Shown in pieces: positions 39,066-51,584 of a stretch of DNA of 64,000 nucleotides. Each line of letters starts with the position of its first letter. Position 1 is the first letter of the stretch. A program made the position numbers and the translations under genes. The notes beneath the pieces are model-generated. The model saw only the letters and a list, made by a program, of their open reading frames with translations, ran no database searches and was not told the origin of the DNA. Source of the DNA: Eledone cirrhosa (lineage: Eukaryota); NCBI GenBank assembly GCA_964016885.1, contig OZ024745.1, positions 126,294,001 to 126,358,000 of the forward strand. Direction: 5' to 3'.

Positions 39066-39709
39066 AGTATAATCGATACCGCAACATGTCTAACCAGCAT
39101 TCTCACGAATCGAACTGTTAGCCATCTTAGTATAATCGATACCGCAACATGTCTAACCAGCATTCTCACGAATCGAACCGTTAGCCGTCTTAGTATAATC
39201 GATACCGCAACATGTCTAACCAGCATTCTCACGAATCGAACCGTTAGCCGTCTTAGTATAATCGATACCGCAACATGTCTAACCAGCATTCTCACGAATC
39301 GAACCGTTAGCCGTCTTAGTATAATCGATACCGCGCAACATGTCTAACCAGCATTCTCACGAATCGAACCGTTAGCCGTCTTAGTATAATCGATACCGCA
39401 ACATGTCTAACCAGCATTCTCACGAATCAAACCGTTAGCCGTCTTAGTATAATCGATACCGCAACATGTCTAACCAGCATTCTCACGAATCGAACCGTTA
39501 GCCGTCTTAGTATAATCGATACCGCAACATGTCTAACCAGCATTCTGACGAATCGAACCGTTAGCCGTCTTAGTATAATCGATACCGCAACATGTCTAAC
39601 CAGCATTCTCACGAATCGAACCATTAGCCGTCTTAGTATAATCGATACCGCAACATGTCTAACCAGCATTCTCACGAATCGAACTGTTAGCCGTCTTAGT
39701 ATAATCGAT
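39009..39709. repeat. 63-bp tandem array, about 11 copies
   Basis: Unit ATCGATACCGCAACATGTCTAACCAGCATTCTCACGAATCGAACCGTTAGCCGTCTTAGTATA. Confidence 0.95.
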
Positions 39710-40637
39710 TAAAATGTAGAAGAAATACGTGGGTTTTTTTTCCCAGTGTTTACAAACACTTGTTTAAACTTTCATGTGTTTTAGTGGATGCAATGGCATG
39801 AGTGTATGTGTGTGTATGTGTGTATGTGTGTATGTGGGTGTATGTGTGTGTATGTGTGTGTATGTGTATGTATGTGTATGTGTGGGTATGTGTGTGAATG
39901 TATGTGTATGTATGTGTGTGTATGTGTGTGTATGTATGTGTGTGTGTGTGTATGTGTGTGTATGTGTATATGTGTGTATATGTATGTGTATGTATGTGTG
40001 TATGTGTGTATGTGTGGGTATGTGTGTGTATGTGTATATGTGTGTGTATGTGTGTGTATGTATGTGTATATGTGTGGGTATGTGTGTGTATGTGTATATG
40101 TGTGGGTATGCGTGTGTATGTATGTGCGTGTATATGTATGTGTATGTATGTGTATGTGTGTGTATGTGTGCGTATGTGTGCATGCATCTAAGTGAGTTTA
40201 AGTATGTGAAAGAAGGCGATGATAGCCAAGCTTTAGATACTAGTAATACTATAATTAGATGGTTGCACTTTTAGTTTCCAGAGACACACCAGATACTGCT
40301 TCACTTCATCACCCTTCCACTGCGTTTGTAGCAAAGAAAACTGCAAAACAAATCATATAAACTATTACTTAATATTGTGTCTACTTTAGGCACAAGGCCA
40401 GCAATTACCTCAGTGAATTACTGGTACTTTATTACTTCATATTACGATACTGCCAAGCTTCGTTAACACACACACACGCACAAATATATATATATATAAT
40501 TATGTGTGTGTGTGTGTGTGTGTGTGTGTACATAGCCTTTTGTACAGTTTCCTATCATAAATTACCGTATTTTGAGCTGTTTTAACTTCTCTACCTACTT
40601 CTTTTCACTTTTTATATTTTAAAAGTGAAATTTGTTA

Positions 40638-40667
<30 letters not shown>

Positions 40668-40669
<2 letters not shown>

Positions 40670-40880
40670 ACGAAAGAAATGTGGTAAGGAACCAGGTGGA
40701 CCATAACGCACCAAAGTACTCAATACTTAGGGTAGTAGAGTGGGTAATAGGAACGAGTAGGACCCCGACGGCTGAGCTCAAGCCGTTTCGACGACTAATT
40801 CTGGACTAAATTAGTCCGGAATTAGCCAATTAGCCGTCGAAACGGCTTGAGCTCAGCCGTCGGGGTCCTACTCGTTCCTA
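40668..40880 (-). mobile_element. TA-embedded foldback element
   Basis: Tail on the left, hairpin at 40748-40880, flanked by (TA)n. Confidence 0.85.
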
Positions 40881-41062
40881 TATATATATATATATATATA
40901 TATATAGATATATATCGTTTTTGCATTTGTTTTGCAAGATTTCTTGTCTGAAAACGTGTGTTGAAACAGATATTGTTATACTTTGCCAATCAAGACACAC
41001 GCACCTGTTGGTTTTCACTTCAATTTACTATAAACATCCAGTTGGTTAATTTAACAACCGGA

Positions 41063-41810
41063 TGCAGTGGTGTGAAGTAGGGCTAAGTGCTAGCCTCCAC
41101 TCTCTATGTCATCTTTTTTTTGCAGTCATGTTGAAACATGCATTTGAAACGTTAACTGAAATAATTTTCTACTTTTTGGCACAAGGCCAGCAATTACGCA
41201 GTGCATTACTGGTACTTTATTTTAAGGATGAAAGGCAAAGTTAGCCTCGGCAGGATTCGAACTCAGAATGGAAAGGGCCGTAACTCTATGCGTCAAAGCA
41301 TAGCGTCCGACCCTCTACCGATACTGCCAATTCACCGCCTTAACCTTAACTGAAATAATGTTTGCGGATGTTGCAGCATTGGCATCCTACTCTGAGGAGC
41401 AAAATCAGAACCTCATGAACAAACTCTCGTGGGCCTGCCTGGAATTCAGCTTGACTATTAGTCAAGAAAACCATCACCATCAACAACTACGAGTGAGAGG
41501 TAGTCCATATATTCATCTACCTCCTTTCTACCATCACTGACAACCTCTCCCTGGACACCGAGATCAACAGGAGAGTTGGATGAGGAGACTCCACATTTGA
41601 CAGGCGGACGACACCAAGACACTAAGATTGCTATTTACAAAGCGTGTGTCCTCAGCACACTACTTTACTGAAGCAGAATATGGAGCTTCTACTTCTGACG
41701 GGAGCGGCCTCTCAATGACTTCCATCTTAATAGCCTGAAACGAATTTTGGATATAAAGTGGACCGACCGGTTCACCAGCACTGAGGTTTTTAACACAGTG
41801 TCAAGATACT
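41063..41810 (+). pseudogene. RTE BovB-like RT fragment interrupted by a SINE (41162-41340, minus)
   Basis: SGVK*G*VLASTL...FFAVMLKHAFE, MFADVAALASYSEEQ.Q.LMNKLS.AC.EFSLTIS, IYKACVLSTLLY; SINE TSD ttaactgaaataat. Confidence 0.85.
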
Positions 41811-41938
41811 ATACACGTCCGTAGTATGAAGACGTCCACGATGTCGGTACGAAAACTTTCTTCTTTATAAATTTGTTTCGCTGTTATTCTATGAGAAAAT
41901 CCCATTAGCATTTTCTACTGTTTTTTTTTCTTTTTTAC

Positions 41939-42098
<160 letters not shown>

Positions 42099-42519
42099 CA
42101 TGAGAAGAAAGAAGAATACTGCGTGGTTGCACATCGGTTACATATGATAAAAATAGTCCTTCGTCAGTGATTTGCCAACCATCATTCATATTTCATCGCA
42201 TTAAAAATCATATACCTCAGGTTGGTGCGAGCAATAACTAAAAAAAGCTATTGGGACAAGTAAATCGCGTAAAGCGAGTGAGACAAGTAAACAACATAGA
42301 AGGATGAAAGCAACGCAAAGATGGGAATAAACAAGCAACATGGTTATCCGGTCAGCATAAGCTGGGTGGATTTCATGAGCGATCAAGATACAGACCGTCC
42401 GACGTGAGTGAGATGTGAGCAAGAAGATAACCCACTACTAGCCAAACGGGAGGAAGTGAGAAGGGGAGAAACAGAGAGTGAGTGAGTGGAAGTGCGAGGA
42501 AGAGGTCAGTTATATATAC

Positions 42520-42653
<134 letters not shown>

Positions 42654-43624
42654 ATATATAAATATACACTGACATATGTACTTACATATGTTTATTTTGT
42701 AATTGCACCATACGTATATATGGAAGCATTGTATGTGTGTGCATGTGTGTGTAATTTTGGTTATCGCAAAATCCAAAGTGCAGATGACAATGCTTAGGGG
42801 GAAAAGTAAGTATACATTACACCATTCATTGTCTCTCTGGTGCCATTAGCAATGCATATGACAAAGTTCTCCATTGTAACCTGTTAGCACGTACGTGTAA
42901 CTGATTGTCATGTTTTTGATTGAATAGTCTCACTTTCTTGACAGTATCTTCTAATTAATTTCTTCCAAACCGTTATTTAAATAACATTAGGAAGTTGTAA
43001 AGTAATAATGGACTTTTGACTTTTATATTTGAATATGTAAAAACACTGCAAACGTGAAGGGTCAACTCTTAAGGAAAATCTGTTGCGATTTGAAATATTC
43101 AATGAATCTGTAAGCCCCATTACTCATATGTTTATAGAAAACTGTAGAAGATTTCCTTATTTATGTTGTGAATGTAGAGTAGTGCAATGGTACCCATTGC
43201 AGAATGAGCCTATGGAGTGAACAGTTCACCGCGTATCTTTGATAATGATTATCTCTTGAAATTTAGAAATTTAGAAATGTCACAACCCAGAAAGTCTAAC
43301 AAAATATGCATTTGAAACGTTTAATGAAAACCTATTTCTACTTGGCCAGAAATAACAGAAATAATTGCTAATGGCTATTGAGAAATTGAATATTAAAATA
43401 AGTCACTTCTCTTGATTTCCTTTCCTATAATACACATTAATTGTATATGTATCCTTTCATAAACATTATTTTCGTATGGGTCGATAAACTAAAGTACCAG
43501 TAATGCACTGGGATAATTGCTGGCCTTGTACCAAAAGTAGAAACCATTATTTTCGTATAGTTATTCTTCCGGTCCAGTGGAGCGTGACATCATTGGGATA
43601 ATCATTCTTTTAGTCAACAATTAA

Positions 43625-43990
43625 AGTAAATTCAAAATTTATAACATCTTTTACAAGTTTTAGTCATTACTTCGGCTATACTGGGGCCCCACCGTACAGA
43701 GATTTAGTCGATTGCCCCAGTACCTATTTTTCAAGTTACTTATTTTATCGATCTCTTGTTATAGAACCGCTAAGTTACAGGACATAAACACAGACACAAC
43801 CGAAAAACAAACACATGCCTGCATACATAAACACAACAGGGTTCTACTCTTTCCGTACCCAAGTTTACTCACAAGGCGTTGCTCAGCTTGAGGCTATATT
43901 AGTAGGTATTTCTACAAGGTCTCACTCTGTGATATAGAATCTGAAACCACGTGGTTATGGAACGGACTCCTTAACAATACAGCCTTGCCT
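43625..43990 (-). mobile_element. second, older tRNA-derived SINE family
   Basis: Minus GGCTGTATTGTTAAGG A-box-like start, CAGATTCTATATCAC B-box remnant, GCCTTGTGAGTAAACTTGG...GAAACCC. Confidence 0.55.
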
Positions 43991-45598
43991 GTAAAGAAAA
44001 CATGTTTAAAGAATACGAATAAAATAATTTCCACATCAAATAGATTGGGTCGTCAAGTATGACATTTGTAGAAATTTGTAGAAGAAAAACAAATTTCTAC
44101 AAATGTCATACTTGACCCAATACATTGACATAATGTATGATTTGGTTATAGCAAAGACATATTCATATGAAGTCCTTATTATATATACCAGATATCTAGG
44201 TTAGGGGTAATTACTGATAGTAACATCACTTGTATAATTATTTCTAACAGAACACTCGGCGTTGCCCGGACTGAGAACTAATTATAATTGGACCAGAATT
44301 TATAAATAGACCAGAGAGTATATCTGTGCCGCAGATATATGCTCGATCTGAATATCATATTAAAAGGTGATAGAGCGACGGATAAAATGCCATGGCAATA
44401 TTTGTTCTGGTTCTTTACGTTCTGAGTTCGAATCCCGCCGTGCACAAATTTGCCTGTCATCCTTCCGGGTTCAATAACAGACCTGTCAATTATCCCCGTC
44501 GGACGCGGAGATCTCCCATCCACTTTGGGGTGAGCGAGAGATGTCTTTTCTTGTGAAAATGGGTATAGATTTCATTATGTAAAATCTCCCCATTTTGCCT
44601 CATTTCTCTCCCGTTTTGGGGCACTTTTTTTCATGGTAATCCCCGTTTGGGCTTTTAGAGGTTGGGAGGCCTGCATCTGTTCAAACCAAGGAAATTATAT
44701 TTCCATTGGCCTTTCCATCTCCTACCAGTTGAAGGTAGGATTTAAATTCAGAACGAATAAAACTGAATCAGATCGTGCAAAGCATCCTCTGCGACCTTTT
44801 AACAATTCCGCCAATCTCCACTCTTTTTCATGGCACTCGCCGTTTGGGTTTTTAGTGGTTGGCAGGTCTATAATAATATAAAATACAAGTCAATTACTGG
44901 AGTCGAGTTAATTAACTTTGTCCATTACCAAATTTGCTAGCCTAGTGGTTAAATTAGTAATCAATATGAATAGCATATTAATAGTTCTGTAGGTCATTAA
45001 AATGATCTATCTACCAGTAAGATAATCTAAGTGAGCGAACGTCATATGTCTAATTCAAGCATATTGAATAAGAACATATGACAAATTATAGATTGTAATT
45101 CGCTTGAAAGTAAACTGAACAAAATATAACGTTTATACTTTGTGTTGATCAATCAGGGAGGGAAGGGCAATGTCCACGGCCCTTTCAAGGCCTCCGAAAC
45201 AAATGAGTGCGAAGCATAGCAGTATCATACAGCTGGAGGCCTGGCTTGAATGCTTACATGCTCACATTATTCTTGGTATTCGAGGGCGGTGGATTGGCAG
45301 TATCGGTAGAGGGTCTGATGCCATGCTTTTCAGCAAAGAGTTACGGCCCTTTATGGTGATACTTATAATAATAGTTGAATATGTCGGGCAAAGTACTCCT
45401 GAAGACAGAAACACTGGACAGAAGCTAGCGAGCAATCGAACCCCGCATCTTTCGCAAGGGTTAGACGTTCTCACCAAGCATTCGAGAGATATGTGGTTCG
45501 ATCCCTTGCAGGCATCACTGTCCACTTTTTCCGTCTCCAGTGATTCTTTACCCAATGTATTGAACTATTATCAGTAATTATTATGTATTGTTATACAA

Positions 45599-45786
45599 GG
45601 GCGGTGAATTGGCAGTATCTGTAGAGGGTCGGACATGCTTTCCAGCATAGTTACATCCCCTTACGATCTGAGTTCAAATCCCACCGACGTTAACTTTTCC
45701 TTTCATCCTTACAGGGTCGATAAAATAAAGTACCAGTAATGCATTGGGTAATTGCTGGCCTTGTGCCAAAAGTAGAAACAATTATT
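45599..45786 (+). mobile_element. SINE with diagnostic 3-nt deletion (GGACATGC)
   Basis: Full-length copy; preceded by a 240-bp leader shared with 56367-56741. Confidence 0.9.
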
Positions 45787-47247
45787 CTTTGTAAAAACGT
45801 TAGTCTTCTGCAAAAAATATTGTTTTGTAAATTCAATTCAAACCGTTTCGTTTGCAATCATAAGTGTCATGATTATCCGGAAGGAAAGTAGAGAATTGTT
45901 AGAGAAATTCTGTGAAAAGAATTTTAATGAGAGCTTGTGGCTGATGAGACTGTCATATTTGGCAATGAGACTGTCATATTATACAAATGAAATTAGGTTT
46001 ATCTATTATCACAAAAAAAAAACAATGCTGCAGTATTTATAACAATAAATAAAATTCTAGCAAAGAAATTAGATTTTTTGGTTTTCTTGTATAAAAGAAA
46101 TTACTTTCGACTCATTCTCAGCAGGAGGTTAATATCGTCATTTACAATACCTGCCCGTGAACCAGTAGAACCATTTTATAACGCTCCAATAATTCACAAC
46201 GTTTAATTAACCTGTGCTGTTTTCATAAGAATATTTTTTCCTATGGATATTAATTTTTCGTATCAACTAAGCCATTAAATTTAGAGAAATATTAGTGACT
46301 TTAACCCTTTTGCAGTTATAAGTAAATAGTACGGCCAAACATGAAACTTTGCATTTAACATATTTCTAATTGTAAATACTACCACCAGACACCAGAAACT
46401 TATAAATAAACAACACATTAATCTCTGCAATGCTTAATTATATTTCGACTCGATGTCAGGATTATTATTATTATGTATAAATCAAACGATCAAGGGAGGA
46501 TGATAACCTCGCTGTGCCATAACTCTGACCGGTTTCGCTGATTTTCAGAATACAAATATAATTACTGGAAATCCATCATTAACATCTATGCAATAACTAA
46601 TATTGTATGATGTTGTAACATAAATGACAGTGTACCGTATTAAAGAGCTTAAATTAAATCAAATATATGCTACAACACCATCATTTCAGATAAACCAGAT
46701 AGCAAGGTCATTATCTCGTCTCTCTAGGGTATATCTTATTTTTATGGCAGAATGGAAGAGGGGTTGGGTAGATTATTCTGCTATCACGATATCAAGATAA
46801 TTAGAGACTTTGGTAAGATTTAAAGTTAAGAATAGAGCCTGCTATACCGAAATGTCAGCTACATATAATTTATTATGGAAAGTGACTGAAGTATATTCTA
46901 ACAGAAATCTGTATTTTGTGGCTATTTAGCGAGGAGTGGTGGCTGTTGCAGCAGTGTCGCTGGTCGTTGTCCGCGGGGCGTAGCTCCATCACCGCCGCGC
47001 CCTAGGCCCAGAACCCAATCACCCTCTCTTCCCTATTCTTCTGTGACACTTTTCCCTTCCTTTCCCCTTTTGTTTTCACATTTTCTTATTTTACATTCCA
47101 TTCTTTCTTCTCAATCTAATTTTTTTTTCTTTTCCCTTAATTCATTGAACATATAAAAACTGCTTCTGAAATATGCTACAAATATTGTGTGTATGTGTGT
47201 ATGTGTGTGTGTATCTATATTTATATGTGTGTGTGTGTGTGTGTGTA

Positions 47248-47278
<31 letters not shown>

Positions 47279-47429
47279 GTGTCTGTGTGTGTGTCTGTGT
47301 GTCTGTGTATATGTGTCTGTGTATATGTGTCTGTGTGTATTAATGTGTAAATAAATACAAATACACAATTATGCAGAAATGTGATGATAAATTAACAAAC
47401 AAAAAAATATATTAAGAAATGAGTAAATA

Positions 47430-47785
47430 GATAGATTTCTTTATTAGCCACAATGGCGCACAAGAAAAGGGGACAATACAAAGACATGCCGAGGATTTTA
47501 CATACAGTCGTGTAAAAAATATAAAAACAAACAATTACAACAATCGAAATCCCCAATAGGGGGGAAGCACCACAAATGGGTTGTTTAATACCCCGTCGAT
47601 AGAACAACCCTCAACTCCAGGAGTGTGTTGTGCAAGTGCCCCTTCTTCCTTTTGCTCTCTTCTTTAACCTACAGGCTTATAAACAGAGAAGGCCCAATCA
47701 CTCGGGCCATTTTTGCCACATTCACCCACCTTTCAGTAAATTTCTTGGGGTGCAGTGCCTCTCTCTCCACCCTGATTCTCCTTAA
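47430..47785 (-). pseudogene. L1/Tx1-like LINE 3' end
   Basis: RRIRVEREALHPKKFTERWVNVAKMARV followed by a UTR ending GGCTAATAAAG. Confidence 0.5.
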
Positions 47786-48059
47786 CGTCGGATAGAATGC
47801 TTTATAGTATTGGTTCCGGCTCTCTACTCTCTGAGTTCAAATCCCGCCGAGGTCAAATTTTCCTTTCATCCTTTCGAGGTCAATAAAAAAGTGCCAGTCT
47901 AGAACTGGGGTCGATTCTTCCTCTCTCTGTGGAAGAAATCTACTGTACTTAGGCCTGGAGAGGAGATGGGCTCCGCCAGGCTTAAAATGCCCAACAAACG
48001 CCGTCTGTTAATACGGCACGCCTACCACTGTATCAAGAGTTACGAGACTATACATACAA

Positions 48060-48248
48060 ATAGACAGACAGACAGATAGACAGACAGATAGACAGACAGA
48101 TAGACAGACAGACAGATAGACAGACAGACAAATAGACAGACAGATAGACAGACAGACAGATAGACAGACAGACAGATAGACAGACAGATAGACAGACAGA
48201 TAGACAGACAGACAGATAGACAGACAGATAGACAGACAGACAGATAGA
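48060..48248. repeat. (GACA/GATA)n microsatellite
   Basis: Directly visible. Confidence 0.95.
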
Positions 48249-48392
48249 GATATTAGTTGATTGCCTGATTGATTAACTAGTTGTTGTTTTTTTTATTGTT
48301 TAGTTAGTTGATTAATTTTCTTGCCTATCGATCGATACAACAACACACACATACAAACACATACTCCCATGCTTTCACACACATGCACACAG

Positions 48393-48430
<38 letters not shown>

Positions 48431-48790
48431 TTCTGGCAATAGTATTACAACAATATGACCCTCCCCAAGTATAACAATATATATATATATTATATATATA
48501 TATACACGCACACAGACACACACACAGACACACACACACACACACACACACAAACACTCGCACGCACACACATATATTCGTATCGTAAATTAAGGTTTGT
48601 AATATCAGATAAATGTGAAGTGTTTATTAGTAACATATAAGCACTAGCCAATTATTGTCTAATATGTACCACACGTGCATCACTCGTACACATTCAGGCA
48701 GTAAAACGTATTTGAATATCGCCATTTAAAAGCCAATCTCGTTGTTTCCTTACCAACAAGATAAGAAATTCAGCCAACGCGCGTATGTGC

Positions 48791-48838
<48 letters not shown>

Positions 48839-48924
48839 GGGCGAGAGAGAGAGGGGGAGAGAAAGAAAGAAAGAAATAGATAACTTTTTTTTTTTAGATA
48901 GATAGATAGATAGATAGATGAGGC

Positions 48925-48964
<40 letters not shown>

Positions 48965-49027
48965 TTGATCTCAGTAAATATCCAATTTATAGTCCAGCAA
49001 ACAATATTTGATACTATATTAGAAATA

Positions 49028-49213
49028 TAATTGTTTCTACTTTTGGCACAAGGCCAGCAATTACCAGTGTATTACTAGTACTTTATTTTATCGACCCCGT
49101 AAGGATGAAAGGCAAAGTTAACTTCGGCGGGATTTGAACTCAGACCGTAAAGGGACGTAACTCTATGCTGCAAATGGCGTCCTATCCTCTACCGATACTG
49201 CTAATCCACAGCC
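49028..49213 (-). mobile_element. SINE young
   Basis: Near-consensus. Confidence 0.9.
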
Positions 49214-49764
49214 CTAAGAATAGCCGCTGTTTTGCTATAGTTTTTTCATCATCCCGATCCTTCCTTTTACTCACACATGATACACACACATTGTGAGACG
49301 GACGGATGTCGCTCAAATTTATATATAAATTTCTATAGATATTGCCGATGTTTTTCCAATATTTTGATGTGTAGGACGTTTCATGGCGCACGGGTTTCAA
49401 CACATTATATGAACGATTCTTTTTCCATGGGGTTTAGCCTCTACACCACCTCGAAATACCAGTTTCTTCACATTTGTCAATGAATGTGGTATTTTTCAGG
49501 CTTTCTAAGACCTGGGTTCAAATCCTGTGAAGGATAACTTTGTCTTTCTTCTTTTCGTGGTCGTTAAAAAAGAAGGACGTGTGCAGAGCGCTAGATTGGC
49601 GGAATTGCAAGAGAGTTGAACGAGATGTCTTGTAGTATTTCTTCCGTCTCTTTATGTTCTGAATTCAAATCACGTTGTGGCCAAGTTACATGATAAGTTT
49701 GATACATCACCTGGTTTAACACCAGCATCCAGCAGTACAATAACTTTTAAGAATAGAATATAAT

Positions 49765-50169
49765 CATTGTTTCTACTTTTGGCACAAGGCCAGCAATTAC
49801 CCAGTGCATTACTGGTACTTTATTTTATCGACCCCGTAAGGATGAAAGGCAAAGTTAACCTCGGCGGGATTTGAACTCAGAATGGCAAGGGCCGTAACTC
49901 TATGCGTCAAAGCATGGCATCCGACCCTCTACCGATACTGCCAATCTAAATAATGGTTTCTTATATAGGCACAAGTCCATTAATTTTGGGAGAGGGGAAA
50001 GTCGATTAAATCGACCCCAGTTCGTGACTGGTACTTTATTTTATCGACCCGTAAGGATGAAAAGCAAAGTTAACCTCGGCAGGATTTGAACTCAGATAAT
50101 AAAGGGCCATAACTCTATGCTGCAAAGTATGGCGTCCAACCCTCTACCGATACTGCTAATCCACCGCCC
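49765..50169 (-). mobile_element. two adjacent SINEs sharing one TSD
   Basis: Copies at 49765-49946 and 49950-50169; taagaatagaatataat flanks the pair. Confidence 0.85.
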
Positions 50170-50765
50170 TAAGAATAGAATATAATAATAAAAAATATAA
50201 AAAATATTTTAGGGTAATTCGTACAATTACATTCAGCTTTCCGATGTCTTCACTAATAAATATTTTCATAACATTTCTTGATGAATAATCCCCATGAATT
50301 TGAATATTTCTTTATTGTTATCTCCCTTATTTGTCTTTCAATAAGTATATTTTTTCTTTTAAATAGAGCTGTAGAACACCGCATCATAATTGAAATTAAA
50401 ATATATAGCAGTTCAGTCAGACGTGATATAGATATCTCTCAGAATTAACCATACACACCTATATTTCAGCTTGAAACTGTACAGCAGCAATTATCACTAG
50501 ACCGCCACCTATAACACAATTCTTTCTAACATTGTTACAAAGCCATCAATTTGGTTATTTTCTCGAATTCGGAATGATGAAAGGCAAGGATTTGAACTCA
50601 ACTACTGGTGGGATTTGAAATCAAAATGTAAGGGTCGTAGCTATATGCTCAAAGCATTTTGTCTGACTTTCCACCGAAACTACCAATCCACTTCTCTTTC
50701 CATCCACATAATCCTGCCTTCTATGCGAGACTTGACATCTTTTTCTCTAATATTATTTGTTTTCA

Positions 50766-50917
50766 GGGTCGGACGCCATGCTTTCCAGCATAGTTACGTC
50801 CCTTCAAATCCCGCCGAGGTTAACTTTGCCTTTCATCCTTACGGGGTCGATAAAATAAAGTACCAGTAATGCACTGGTATAATTGCTGGCTTTGTGCCAA
50901 ACGTAGAAACAATTATT
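50766..50917 (+). mobile_element. SINE, truncated with internal deletion
   Basis: Core and tail present; flanks attatttgtttt. Confidence 0.85.
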
Positions 50918-51503
50918 TGTTTTCTGATTCTTTATAGAAGAAAAGTTTCACACGGTTTACTCTTTTGTATGAAATAAATTTTATCTGTATTTTTTATATT
51001 TTATACGATTTATTCTTTTATACTTTTATTCTTTTACTAGGTTCGGAAGTTAAACTGCAGCCATACTGGAGCACAGCATTATTTACATAGAAATGTTTTA
51101 GATGTTTGCAATGTTTTGTCGCACATTGTCGACAATATAGAAAAAGCCCTTTATTAAGACGTAATTTAGAGGAATAACTGTCATCATATATTCGATTCAT
51201 CGTCGTTTCGTATTTCCCATAGGACGGTCAAGCCTGAAGAGGAAGATTTGACTTAATCATAACATGTTCTAATGGTTGCTTTACTACAATGATTTGTCAC
51301 TTATATTACCAGTTGATATTATCTACTGGCAGTAACTCCCATTCGATTACATACATATATTAGCACTAATTGCCAATTTCTGTGGATTTTTTTTATCGCA
51401 GCCTGAATCAGATTTTGGTGGAATAATAGACCGAGAAAGTTTGCTATATTTGCCGAATCATTCTCTTTTACTTTCGGCATATTGATTAATTTAGTCGTGC
51501 TGC

Positions 51504-51584
<81 letters not shown>

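Noticed and set aside
39009-39709. CRISPR-like regular array
   Set aside because: Units are contiguous and identical with no unique spacers; eukaryotic context; no cas genes.
45455-45520. Bona fide tRNA gene
   Set aside because: Has a B-box and T-arm but no complete acceptor stem or D-arm; part of a repeat.
45936-45980. CTGATGAG...GAGACTGTC hammerhead-like text
   Set aside because: Explained by a tandem duplication of ATGAGACTGTCATATT; no GAAA or stem I.
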